This document shows positions 23,748 through 32,460 of a stretch of DNA of 38,783 nt, one piece after another; positions within the stretch are counted from its first letter, which is position 1, and every line of letters begins with the position of its first letter. The translations under genes were made by a program, and so were the position numbers. The notes under the pieces were generated by a model. That model was not told the DNA's origin and searched no databases. It saw only the letters and a program-made list of their open reading frames with translations. The DNA comes from a virus (lineage: Duplodnaviria; Caudoviricetes). The stretch lies in IMG/VR virus record IMGVR_UViG_3300017903_002400, positions 1 to 38,783 of that record. One strand, written 5' to 3'.

Positions 23748-24243
23748 CGCGCAAGATATCATCGACGGCCTGATCGAAGATGATGATGTTGTTGCATGGG
23801 CAAGTGCAACCACAGATCAAAAGAATCGCGCCCTTTATACCGCTGCGCAGCGTATTGATCGCGAGCGGTTTTTAGGTGCAAAGGCAACTGATACGCAAGC
23901 CCTTGAATGGCCGCGCACTGGTGTTAGGCGCCCTGGGACGTATATCAACACTTACAGCGTTGGTTTTCCGTTTCGCATTACTACGGATTACTACACCGAC
24001 GAAGAGATCCCTGAGCGGGTCAAGAAAGCACAAGCGGTGCTTGCTGTCTATCTAAACAACAACAAGGATGGCATCGGTCTAAGTGGTCTTGAGGATTACA
24101 AGAACGTGAGCGTCGGCAGCCTAAATGTCACACCGAATCAGTTCGGTGCTGTTGGCTTGGATCGTATTCCACCGATTGTTCAGGGTTATTTGAACGGCAT
24201 TAGAATCAGTGGGCCGGGTAACGTTTCTATTAAACGGAGTTGA
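23683..24243 (+). CDS. Head-tail adaptor protein
   Basis: ANSY.TL.DA...W...K..AL..A...ID...F.G.....QALEWPR...IP..VK.AQ. Confidence 0.8.
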   Translation: MAISIDATAGGASANSYLTLSDAQDIIDGLIEDDDVVAWASATTDQKNRALYTAAQRIDRERFLGAKATDTQALEWPRTGVRRPGTYINTYSVGFPFRITTDYYTDEEIPERVKKAQAVLAVYLNNNKDGIGLSGLEDYKNVSVGSLNVTPNQFGAVGLDRIPPIVQGYLNGIRISGPGNVSIKRS

Positions 24244-24245
24244 TC

Positions 24246-24473
24246 ATGCAGTACATGTATCCGGGCGCTGAATACATCGACGACACCGCAGCGCACACAG
24301 GTCGCTTTGGAAAGATCGTTGCCCTTGAAGACTCTGTGATTGCTGCAATCGACACTGAAGATATCACCGGCAATTCAATGGCTGCAGCACCATTGAAGGC
24401 AAGCTGCGAAATCTGCGGTGTGATCACAAGCGTCACGCTAACTAGCGGCTCTGTAATGGCTTACCGACTCTGA
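24246..24473 (+). CDS. Small virion protein, paralog A
   Basis: GAE.I.D..AHTGRF...TGN...GV.TS..L..G...AYR shared with the next gene. Confidence 0.75.
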   Translation: MQYMYPGAEYIDDTAAHTGRFGKIVALEDSVIAAIDTEDITGNSMAAAPLKASCEICGVITSVTLTSGSVMAYRL

Positions 24474-24475
24474 TC

Positions 24476-24730
24476 ATGTCTAAAGGCTTTGGATCCTACG
24501 GCGACGTCGATTACACCGTTGGCGCGGAAGTGATCACTGACTCTGTTGCTCATACAGGTCGATTTAAGCAAATCGACTTCTACGAAAACAGCACGATCAC
24601 TTCAATCGTGTCTGAAAATTACACCGGCAACACGCTTGCAGGCGAGACGATGCCGTCTGGCTTTCATCTAACCGGCGTGTTTACAAGCATTCAGCTTCAA
24701 AATGGTGCCTGCATTGCTTATCGAATCTGA
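24476..24730 (+). CDS. Small virion protein, paralog B
   Basis: Same motif set as 24246-24473. Confidence 0.75.
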   Translation: MSKGFGSYGDVDYTVGAEVITDSVAHTGRFKQIDFYENSTITSIVSENYTGNTLAGETMPSGFHLTGVFTSIQLQNGACIAYRI

Positions 24731-25086
24731 TGGGACTCGCTAACTCGCTGAAAAAGGTTGCAGGCAAAGCCATCAGCAAGTTTGGCGGTGATGTGACGAT
24801 TCGGTATGTCACCGAAGGTAGTTACAACACGACCACAGGTGAGATCACGCGGTCGTCAAGTGATGCCACGATTAAAGGCATTTTGGAAGATGTAAACCAG
24901 CGCGACGTGAATGAGCTGATCCGTGCTGGTGACAAGAAACTAACGGTTGCAGCAAATGCGCTGACGACTGCACCGCAGACCAACGACCTTGTTTTGATCA
25001 GTAGCGTCGTCCATCAAATCATTCAGATCACAAAGCAAGAGCAAGACAACACCGCAATTACTTACGAGCTGTTCTTGCGTGCTTAA
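24730..25086 (+). CDS. Head closure protein
   Basis: G..VT.R....G.Y...TG...I..GD.K; neck-region synteny. Confidence 0.75.
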   Translation: MGLANSLKKVAGKAISKFGGDVTIRYVTEGSYNTTTGEITRSSSDATIKGILEDVNQRDVNELIRAGDKKLTVAANALTTAPQTNDLVLISSVVHQIIQITKQEQDNTAITYELFLRA

Positions 25087-25088
25087 TC

Positions 25089-25574
25089 ATGGCTAAAGAG
25101 ATTCGGCTTGATCAGATTGCTGATCACATGGAAGAGCAGGTAGAAAAGCTTCTGCGAAAGACTGTTCTTCACGCTGATTCAATGGTGAAACAGGCAAGCC
25201 CTGTCGATCTTGGTCGGTTTAGGAATAGCTGGGCGATTGGTCAAAACGCTGCACCGTTTGCTGGCTTACCGAAAGGTGATTACCGAAACACCCAGCCGCA
25301 ACTGCGTAAAGCGAACTACGGCACCGAAAAGCTGGGCAACTACTACAGCATTCACAACAACCTGCCTTACGCAGAAAAGCTCGCCAATGCGCAAAGCGGC
25401 TCTGGCAAGAAAGAAGAACAACGGTACAACCCAAATCGCAAGGTGACGAACTGGGCAGAACCCGGCAAAGGCAGCAGCCATCAAACCAACGGGCCTGGTT
25501 GGATTGATCTAATAAGCAATGACCTTCGTGATTATGTGAAGGCAGAATATGAACGTATCAAGCGGCAAAGCTGA
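25089..25574 (+). CDS. Neck/tail-completion protein (HK97 gp10-like)
   Basis: SPVD.GRFR.SW, NNLPYAE.L, S.Q...GW. Confidence 0.8.
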   Translation: MAKEIRLDQIADHMEEQVEKLLRKTVLHADSMVKQASPVDLGRFRNSWAIGQNAAPFAGLPKGDYRNTQPQLRKANYGTEKLGNYYSIHNNLPYAEKLANAQSGSGKKEEQRYNPNRKVTNWAEPGKGSSHQTNGPGWIDLISNDLRDYVKAEYERIKRQS

Positions 25575-25999
25575 TGGCGGCAGCAAACCTGAACACCATC
25601 AGATCGACCATTGAAGGTCGCCTTGCCACTGAGCTAAATAACAACCCGCAGGTGCCAGTTGTGTTTCACAACATGGCATACGAGCCAACCCCGAACTCAT
25701 CGTGGGTGCAGTGCCTTGTCAGCTTTAACAGCAGTTCGTATCTAACGCAGGGTCTACCTACAGGATCCGACAACCGCATGACCGGCGTGGTTGTTATCAA
25801 CGTTTTCAGTGCTCAAGGTGTAGGAGCTGGCGCCAATTTGACAATCAGCAAGCGCATTCGTGATCTCTATAATCGAAACATTGTGTCGGGGGTTTACTTC
25901 GATGCACCAATCGGCCCGGAGGTAGTGGCAACACCATCACCTGAAGGGTATTACCAAACCCAGGTCCGTGTGACCTTTGAATTCATTGAGGAACTCTGA
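25574..25999 (+). CDS. Tail terminator protein
   Basis: Precedes the tail tube gene; G...INVF...G.G motif. Confidence 0.75.
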   Translation: MAAANLNTIRSTIEGRLATELNNNPQVPVVFHNMAYEPTPNSSWVQCLVSFNSSSYLTQGLPTGSDNRMTGVVVINVFSAQGVGAGANLTISKRIRDLYNRNIVSGVYFDAPIGPEVVATPSPEGYYQTQVRVTFEFIEEL

Positions 26000-26001
26000 C
26001 C

Positions 26002-26424
26002 ATGGCTATTCTTCGCGGTGAACAAGGGGCTGTGCAGTTTGATGCTGCCGGTTCCACTAATGCAACCATTGTTGGCACTCGCAGCTGGTCGCTGTCTATC
26101 ACTAAAGAGACCTTGGATGTTACCGATCACGGCGACACCTTCCGGTCCTTTGTTGGCAGCATGATCAGCGGTTCTGGCACCGTCGAGCTTGTTTACGACC
26201 CTGACGCAACCGGCCAATCTGGTTTCTTGGAAGACGTTGTGACCAGCGCAGACACTGCAGACGCAACGTTTGAACTGTTTACCACTGGCACGACTGCAGG
26301 AACTGACAGCGTTAGCTTCGCTGGCATCATCACCGACATGGAAATCACTTCTACCGTTGGTGAGCTGGTGATTGTTAGCTGCAACTTCGTTACTTCTGGT
26401 GTTATCACTTCTAACCTTGAGTGA
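26002..26424 (+). CDS. Major tail tube protein
   Basis: SWSLS...ETLD.T..GD..R.FV....SGSG; synteny. Confidence 0.85.
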   Translation: MAILRGEQGAVQFDAAGSTNATIVGTRSWSLSITKETLDVTDHGDTFRSFVGSMISGSGTVELVYDPDATGQSGFLEDVVTSADTADATFELFTTGTTAGTDSVSFAGIITDMEITSTVGELVIVSCNFVTSGVITSNLE

Positions 26425-26454
26425 TGAATTTGTGAGCCTTTAGTGCTACTGTTG

Positions 26455-26480
26455 GCGGGTCATAGTTTGGCCCGCTTTTT
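26455..26480 (+). terminator. Terminator/attenuator after the tail tube gene
   Basis: gcgggtca/tggcccgc stem followed by T5. Confidence 0.65.
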
Positions 26481-26481
26481 A

Positions 26482-26838
26482 ATGCCTGGATCTAAACGAC
26501 TGGTTGATGAATTGATCGAAGCATTCGACCTAAACCAGCGGCGCAAGTTTGAACTGAAGAATGAAGACGGCGTAAAAGTCGTTGACCTGTACTTCAAGCC
26601 AATCACCCGCGCAGACCGCAAGAAAGCACAAGAGCTTGCAGGTTCCAACGAAGCATTGGACATGAGCACGCAGATGCTGTGTCAAATGGCAGAACTAGAA
26701 GACGGGACTAAACCGTTTGCTGCTGCTGATGCTGCCAAGCTGCAACGCAAGCTGCCTGAATCAGTGCTGAATGAACTTGAACTGTTTTTGTTCGGCATTG
26801 CGAATGATGCATCGCTTGACGAGGCAAAAAACGACTGA
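26482..26838 (+). CDS. Tail assembly chaperone (gpG analogue)
   Basis: Between tail tube and tape measure genes; ends at slippery A AAA AAC. Confidence 0.85.
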   Translation: MPGSKRLVDELIEAFDLNQRRKFELKNEDGVKVVDLYFKPITRADRKKAQELAGSNEALDMSTQMLCQMAELEDGTKPFAAADAAKLQRKLPESVLNELELFLFGIANDASLDEAKND

Positions 26839-27011
26839 AGCAGGACAAATGGCTCACGTTTGAGTTTTTCTTGTCCTGCGAACTAGGGATGACCGTAAGC
26901 CGGCTTCGCAACGAACTTACCGATGCGGAGCTGGTTTACTACGCGGCATACTTCTCCCATAAAAATGAAGAGGAAGAACGCGCAGTGCAGCGTGCAAAGA
27001 GGCGTCGATAA
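26826..27011 (+). CDS. -1 frameshift extension of the tail chaperone (gpGT analogue)
   Basis: Heptamer AAAAAAC at 26826-26832; -1 frame open to TAA 27011 (RLKQDKWLTFEFFLSCELGMTVSRLR...). Confidence 0.85.
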   Translation, partial: KKRLKQDKWLTFEFFLSCELGMTVSRLRNELTDAELVYYAAYFSHKNEEEERAVQRAKRRR

Positions 27012-27035
27012 GATGAAGGTATCGCTTAGGTAGCC

Positions 27036-29438
27036 GTGGCAGTATCCAATATCGAGCTGAGGGTTGATTCGCGAAATGCTGTACGCGAATTAAACCGTGT
27101 CAATAATAAAACGAATACCCTAACTAAATCAGTTAGCAAGCTTGGTGTCAGACTTGCTCAGCTTGAAATAGCACGACGCTTTTTTAAGGGTTTTCGCGAG
27201 GCTGATTCAGCGTCTGCTGCAGTCGAAACCCTAGGTGTCAACTCTAAAAAGTTAAAAAAAGAGCTGCTCGGTGTTTCGGCAGAAATTGGTGGTTTGCAGT
27301 CACAAACTCAGCTTTTGGCAGCGTCTTATGACGTTGCATCTGCTGGATTCAACGACGCGGCATCAGCTGCAAACATTCTCAAAGCTGCCTCGCTTGGGGC
27401 TACAGGCGGTCTGTCTGATTTGAATACAGTTGCTGATGCAACAACTTCAGTTCTCAATGCTTATGGGTTGTCATCCGACAAGGCGGCAAAACTTGTAGAT
27501 GGGTTTATACAAACGCAGAACGACGGTAAGATTGTTGTTGCCCAATATGCACAGCAGATTGGTCGTGTCGCGCCGATTGCGGCGGCTGCAGGTGTCGGGA
27601 TTGACGAGCTGAATGCAGCCATTTCAACCGTTACTGCCCAGGGTGTGCCGATTGAGGCAACTTTTTCTGGATTGAATCAAGTGCTCGCGTCGGTTTTGAA
27701 GCCGACAGCAGAAGCATCGAAGGTTGCAAAACTTTTAGGGCTTGATTTCTCAAGTGCTGGAATCAAGGCCAAAGGTTTTGGTGGTTTTCTTGAGGAAGTT
27801 GTTGAAAAAACCGGTGGCAGCGAAGTAGCCCTAACAAAGTTGTTTGGGTCGGTTGATGCCTTGAAAGCATTGTTCCCCTTGGTTAGTGGGGATCTTGAAG
27901 TATTTAATAAGAACCTAGAAAATCAAGCTAACTCAGCAGGCGCTGCCGAGTTAGCGGCAAAAACATTAGGCGGAACTGTAACGAACCAAATCCAAGCAAT
28001 CGTCAATGACATGGGCACTTTGGCCCGACAACTTGATGAAACATTAGGCCCCGTTATTAAAGGTTTACTGACAGAAGTCAAAAAAATAACTGGCGAGTTT
28101 GTGAGATTTTTTGCGTTGATACAAAACGCACCGTCTGCGCTTGAGGTTTTCAAAGGAAACCTGTCTTCCTTTTTTGGTGCTCAGAGCCAGGGCATTGATA
28201 ACTTGGTCTCTGCTGTAAACATGCTTGACGCTTCTACCGTCAAAACAGAGGCTGAAGCGGAAGTTTTAGAAGGTTCTATCAATCGCATCACAAGTGCGTT
28301 AAGCAACTTAATGGGTAATACAACTGCTCAGCAGTTGATTGATCGCGGTGTATATGACGAAATTAGGACAGTCCAAACGAAGATTGCTGATCTTAAAAAA
28401 CAGTTGCGCGATTTGCGCACTGCTGGTTTAGATACCGACGCACAAGATAAATCTAAGCCGAAAACAAAATCACCATTACAACTGCAGATTGAAGCTCTGC
28501 TTGCTTCGTTAAGCGGTGGCGGTGCCAAACAAGACAAAACTCAGATCCAAAACCGTGCCGCTAGAGAGCAACTCAGGATCACAAAGGCACAGCTAGGCAT
28601 CATTCAAGAGCAAAGTGCAATTGACAAAATACGGCTGCAGTTTGCATTCGAAAAAGAAAACACAGAAGCTAAGTATGCTGAGCTGCTTTCTAATGCACTG
28701 TCGGATGAAGAGCGCAGCAATAGACGAGCTGCAGAACGTAACGAACTAGAAATTATTCGTCTAGAGAAAAACGAAGCCATCACGCAAGCATTGCAAGATC
28801 AATTCCAAATGTATGACGACCTAGATACAAGCGTGCTGACGTTTACTGGGCATACGCAAGAGCTTTCAGACGAGTTCAAGTCAATAGCTAACACGATTAA
28901 CAACGAAATCATAAACGGCATACAAGGCATGATTGACGGCACTAAAACGCTGGGTGATGTCGCCAGCAGCATGTTGCGGCGTATCGCGGATCAAATGCTT
29001 GAAATGGCGATTATGGGCCAGCAAGGTTCTGGCGGTATCGCTGGAACGTTGTTTAGTGCTATTGGTTCGATCTTTAACCCTGCGGCAAGCTTGGCAGGTC
29101 CTGGCGGTTTTTCTATTGGATCTGCTGCTACGCCAATAACCAGTGGGCTTGATTTTTCAAGTGCGTTTTCAGGCGGTTTCGCCAGCGGCGGCCAGCCTCC
29201 AGTAGGAAAAACGGCACTTGTTGGAGAAAAAGGGCCTGAGTTGTTTGTTCCGAAAACTGCCGGCACGATTGTGCCAAATCACGCATTAGGCGGCTCTAAC
29301 ATCGTGGTGAACGTTGACGCTTCGGGCTCTAGCGTGCAAGGTGATGGACAGCAAGCTAAAGCACTCGGCAATGCGATCGGTGCTGCCGTTAAAGCCGAAA
29401 TCGTGAAGCAAAAAATGCCCGGAGGACTTCTTAACTAA
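27036..29438 (+). CDS. Tape measure protein (TP901-like core)
   Basis: 800 aa, Ala/Gly-rich helical; YDVASAG, TSVLNAYG, C-terminal FASGG...VGEKGPELFVP. Confidence 0.93.
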   Translation: MAVSNIELRVDSRNAVRELNRVNNKTNTLTKSVSKLGVRLAQLEIARRFFKGFREADSASAAVETLGVNSKKLKKELLGVSAEIGGLQSQTQLLAASYDVASAGFNDAASAANILKAASLGATGGLSDLNTVADATTSVLNAYGLSSDKAAKLVDGFIQTQNDGKIVVAQYAQQIGRVAPIAAAAGVGIDELNAAISTVTAQGVPIEATFSGLNQVLASVLKPTAEASKVAKLLGLDFSSAGIKAKGFGGFLEEVVEKTGGSEVALTKLFGSVDALKALFPLVSGDLEVFNKNLENQANSAGAAELAAKTLGGTVTNQIQAIVNDMGTLARQLDETLGPVIKGLLTEVKKITGEFVRFFALIQNAPSALEVFKGNLSSFFGAQSQGIDNLVSAVNMLDASTVKTEAEAEVLEGSINRITSALSNLMGNTTAQQLIDRGVYDEIRTVQTKIADLKKQLRDLRTAGLDTDAQDKSKPKTKSPLQLQIEALLASLSGGGAKQDKTQIQNRAAREQLRITKAQLGIIQEQSAIDKIRLQFAFEKENTEAKYAELLSNALSDEERSNRRAAERNELEIIRLEKNEAITQALQDQFQMYDDLDTSVLTFTGHTQELSDEFKSIANTINNEIINGIQGMIDGTKTLGDVASSMLRRIADQMLEMAIMGQQGSGGIAGTLFSAIGSIFNPAASLAGPGGFSIGSAATPITSGLDFSSAFSGGFASGGQPPVGKTALVGEKGPELFVPKTAGTIVPNHALGGSNIVVNVDASGSSVQGDGQQAKALGNAIGAAVKAEIVKQKMPGGLLN

Positions 29439-29776
29439 TGGCTGACTTCCCTTCAATCACGCCGACCTACGGCATTCAAAAGAACAGCGCCCCAAACGTA
29501 AGATTCGCTCAGTTTGGGTCGGGCTATAGCCAGCGCAGTACGTTTGGCATCAATCAAAACCTCAAGTCTTACAGCTTGACCTTTGAAGTCTCAGAGACGG
29601 ATGCAGACACCATTGAAGACTTTTTAGATGCTCGCGGTGGAGTGGAACACTTTGATTTCACGCCACCCGGCGAAGCAAGCAGTGGTAAATACGTTTGTCG
29701 CAACTGGAGCAAGTCAATTCCATATCTGAACCGTGCCACAATCCAAGCAACGTTTGAGGAGGTGCCTGAGGCATGA
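29438..29776 (+). CDS. Minor tail protein (lambda gpM-like distal tail)
   Basis: FGSGYSQR...GIN...I.DFLD.RGG.E.FDFTPP...C..WS...ATFEEV. Confidence 0.88.
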   Translation: MADFPSITPTYGIQKNSAPNVRFAQFGSGYSQRSTFGINQNLKSYSLTFEVSETDADTIEDFLDARGGVEHFDFTPPGEASSGKYVCRNWSKSIPYLNRATIQATFEEVPEA

Positions 29777-30513
29777 CGACAACACCTGATGCAGTCGAAA
29801 GGGAACTACATTCCCTTGAACCGTCAGCAATCATTGAGCTGTTTGAGCTGCATTTGACTGAAGCGGTGAATGGTGTGGATTTGGTGTATTACTATCACGC
29901 TGGAACGAATGAGTTGTCGCAAGACATTGTGTTCGATGGCGTCACATATTCAGCCGTACCGATTGAAGTAGATGGTTTTGCAGTGACGACGAAAGGCACA
30001 CTGCCTCGTCCCAGCATGAAGATTGCAAATGCGGATGGTGCGATTACTTCTCTTCTTAACAGTTACAACCCACTTCAGGCTGAAGTACGCCGAATCCGTA
30101 CTTGCAAGAAGTTTCTAGATGCTGTTAATTTTTCAAGCGGTACAAACCCGACGGCAGATCCCACCGCACTCTTCAACGGTGGCTATGAATCCTGGTACAT
30201 CGACCGCGTTGCAACGGAAAACCTAGAACTCGTTGAGTTTGAGCTAATTGGCAAGCTCGACTTAACCAATTTGCGTTTGCCCGGACGGCAAGTTGTAGAG
30301 CATTGCCCTTGGATTTACAAAGGCAACCAATGCAACTACAACCCAGGGAAATATTTTAATCTTGACAATGAGGAAGTGACAGACGCTGCAGAGGACCAGT
30401 GCGCCAAAAATCTAAGAGCCTGTGAACTGCGTTTTATAAAAGGTGAAGGCATTGGAGACAATAACGACCTGTTGCCGTTTGGAGGATTCCCAGGTGCGCG
30501 ACTTCAGGTCTGA
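29773..30513 (+). CDS. Minor tail protein (lambda gpL-like)
   Basis: IELFEL, PIE.DGF, G.LPRP, KFLDAVNF; C-terminal four Cys and LPFGGFPG. Confidence 0.92.
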   Translation: MTTTPDAVERELHSLEPSAIIELFELHLTEAVNGVDLVYYYHAGTNELSQDIVFDGVTYSAVPIEVDGFAVTTKGTLPRPSMKIANADGAITSLLNSYNPLQAEVRRIRTCKKFLDAVNFSSGTNPTADPTALFNGGYESWYIDRVATENLELVEFELIGKLDLTNLRLPGRQVVEHCPWIYKGNQCNYNPGKYFNLDNEEVTDAAEDQCAKNLRACELRFIKGEGIGDNNDLLPFGGFPGARLQV

Positions 30514-30802
30514 TGCAGAACAGCACGCCCAGTCGTCTGGAGATGTTGAGTCATGCGGTCTTGTGGTTGACGGTATTTTCTGGCCTTGCCGGAATATCGC
30601 TGATGATCCTTGTGCTGACTTTGCCATTGACCCAAGAGACTATGCAGCGGCAGCATTCCGTGGAACGATTGAAGCGATAGTGCATTCGCACCCAAAAGGC
30701 GGGCCAGCCAGTGAAGCTGATAAGCGTGCTTGCACTGGAACAGGTTTGCCGTGGCATATTTGGAGCGTGCCAGACAGACAATGGTTGACTATCGAGCCCT
30801 GA
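30494..30802 (+). CDS. JAB/MPN domain protein (N-terminal half of lambda gpK)
   Basis: ESCGLV, CRNIA, HSHP....S..D, PWHI; GTG start re-called. Confidence 0.85.
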   Translation: MRDFRSDAEQHAQSSGDVESCGLVVDGIFWPCRNIADDPCADFAIDPRDYAAAAFRGTIEAIVHSHPKGGPASEADKRACTGTGLPWHIWSVPDRQWLTIEP

Positions 30803-31173
30803 TCGGCAGGCAATGGCAATACGGCAAGTTTGATTGCTTTACGTTGATTCGCGATTGGTTTGGCTTGCAAGGGATTGAGTTGCCTGATTTTGAGCGCCCC
30901 GCTGATCTGCAAACTTGCGAAAGCATCTTCCTAAAACAGGCATTGGCTATCGGGTTTGAAGAGGTTGCTTATGCAAACAGGCGTCCTGGGGATGTGTTGA
31001 TTATGCGCCTTGGAACGGCAACACCGATGCACGCGGCAATTTTGTTAGCTGATGAGCGGATTCTGCATCAGCGTCAGGATTCACTAAGTGCGGTGGAACC
31101 TTTTGGGCGATACTATGTCTCTAGAGTCGCGGCGGTCTTTCGGTATGCAGCAGACCGTAAGGTTGCTGGATGA
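30781..31173 (+). CDS. NlpC/P60 domain protein (C-terminal half of lambda gpK)
   Basis: LIGR.W.YG.FDCF.LIRD, PGDV, HAAI, ILHQ; start re-called at ATG 30781. Confidence 0.85.
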   Translation: MVDYRALIGRQWQYGKFDCFTLIRDWFGLQGIELPDFERPADLQTCESIFLKQALAIGFEEVAYANRRPGDVLIMRLGTATPMHAAILLADERILHQRQDSLSAVEPFGRYYVSRVAAVFRYAADRKVAG

Positions 31174-32458
31174 TCTAGGCGAGCGTTACGGCTCAGAGCA
31201 CAGATACCATAACCTGCGTTCCCCTGCGGAAGCAATCAAGCTGCTGTGCATAAATCAACCCGCGCTCATGAAAGAGCTAGCTGAGGCGCATGAGCACGGT
31301 GTCGGTTATACGTTGGTGCAAGCTGAAACGTTTTTAGGGTATGAGGATCTGCATTTACCGCTAGGTCGAAACGATCTCGTGTTAACTCCTGTTGTTGCAG
31401 GCAGTGGCGGTGATGACGGTTTGAAAGTTGGCACGGTTTTATTAGGTGCTGCTTTAATTGCTACTGCGATTATTTCAGGCGGCACCAGTATTGCTTTTGG
31501 GGCACAAGGCTTTACTCTTGCTGCTGGAGTCAAGGCCACAACTGCTTTGACGGTAGCAATAGCAGCCGGAAATCTTGGTGTGTTTTTGGTTTTGACAGGC
31601 ACGGCAATGATGCTTGCGCCTCAGCCTGAAATACCTTCCCTGCAAAACAAAACTGCACCAGGGCAAAATACAAATGCAACCGGACCGCAAGGTGTTTCAC
31701 GAGCCACATCTGGTCAGCAGTCTTATGCATTTTCTGGTCCTGCAAACACAGTTGGCGTTGGAGCGACTGTGCCTCTTGTCTACGGCAAGTTGCTGATTGG
31801 TAGCCATCTAATCTCGTCAAAAGTAGAAGTGTCGAGCGAAAGCGATCCTACCGGCAAGTTTTTTGAGCCGCCAGGGCCTAGTTCAATCACAATAAATGGC
31901 GAAAAGGTAGGTAACAAATTTGCGTCTTTGAACGGAGTAAGAACTAGAAGATACGCAGACAAGCATGTAAGAATTGGAGATTACGCAGACAAAAGAAGAG
32001 CAACCGCTAAAATTTTCAACTTTGATGACACTGATAGAGAGACAATTAATAATGAAATTGATGCTAAAAATAAAAACAACGATGTTAGGAAAAACTTTCA
32101 GATATTTATAGAGATTGACAAAGGGCTTTCAAGGGTGATCGGCAATCAAACTGTCCCCGCTTTTGTGACTTACGAAATTACAATCAGGAAACAACAATAT
32201 AGTGGGGAGTCTCCTGTTTTTGCATCAGCCCGCGTGACAGTTCAAGGTTTATTGAGAAAGTCTGACAAGTACAAATACTGCCATGCTCTCACCTACGGCG
32301 TAAGCGGCGAAGAAGACGAGGACACCGTAGTGGCGCCAGCGATAAGAATTATCGATACAGACGCTGACGCGGGTCAGCGGTTAGTGGTTCGTGGTGTTGG
32401 ATATAATCATTTTTACAATAGTTCTGAAAACAGAACTGAAGATCTGTCGGAGACTTAG
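31145..32458 (+). CDS. Tail assembly protein (lambda gpI-like) with C-terminal extension
   Basis: L...L..RYG...EAI..L, SY.FSG..NT...G..VPL.YG....GS..IS, then about 200 extra aa. Confidence 0.85.
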   Translation: MQQTVRLLDDLGERYGSEHRYHNLRSPAEAIKLLCINQPALMKELAEAHEHGVGYTLVQAETFLGYEDLHLPLGRNDLVLTPVVAGSGGDDGLKVGTVLLGAALIATAIISGGTSIAFGAQGFTLAAGVKATTALTVAIAAGNLGVFLVLTGTAMMLAPQPEIPSLQNKTAPGQNTNATGPQGVSRATSGQQSYAFSGPANTVGVGATVPLVYGKLLIGSHLISSKVEVSSESDPTGKFFEPPGPSSITINGEKVGNKFASLNGVRTRRYADKHVRIGDYADKRRATAKIFNFDDTDRETINNEIDAKNKNNDVRKNFQIFIEIDKGLSRVIGNQTVPAFVTYEITIRKQQYSGESPVFASARVTVQGLLRKSDKYKYCHALTYGVSGEEDEDTVVAPAIRIIDTDADAGQRLVVRGVGYNHFYNSSENRTEDLSET

Positions 32459-32460
32459 AA

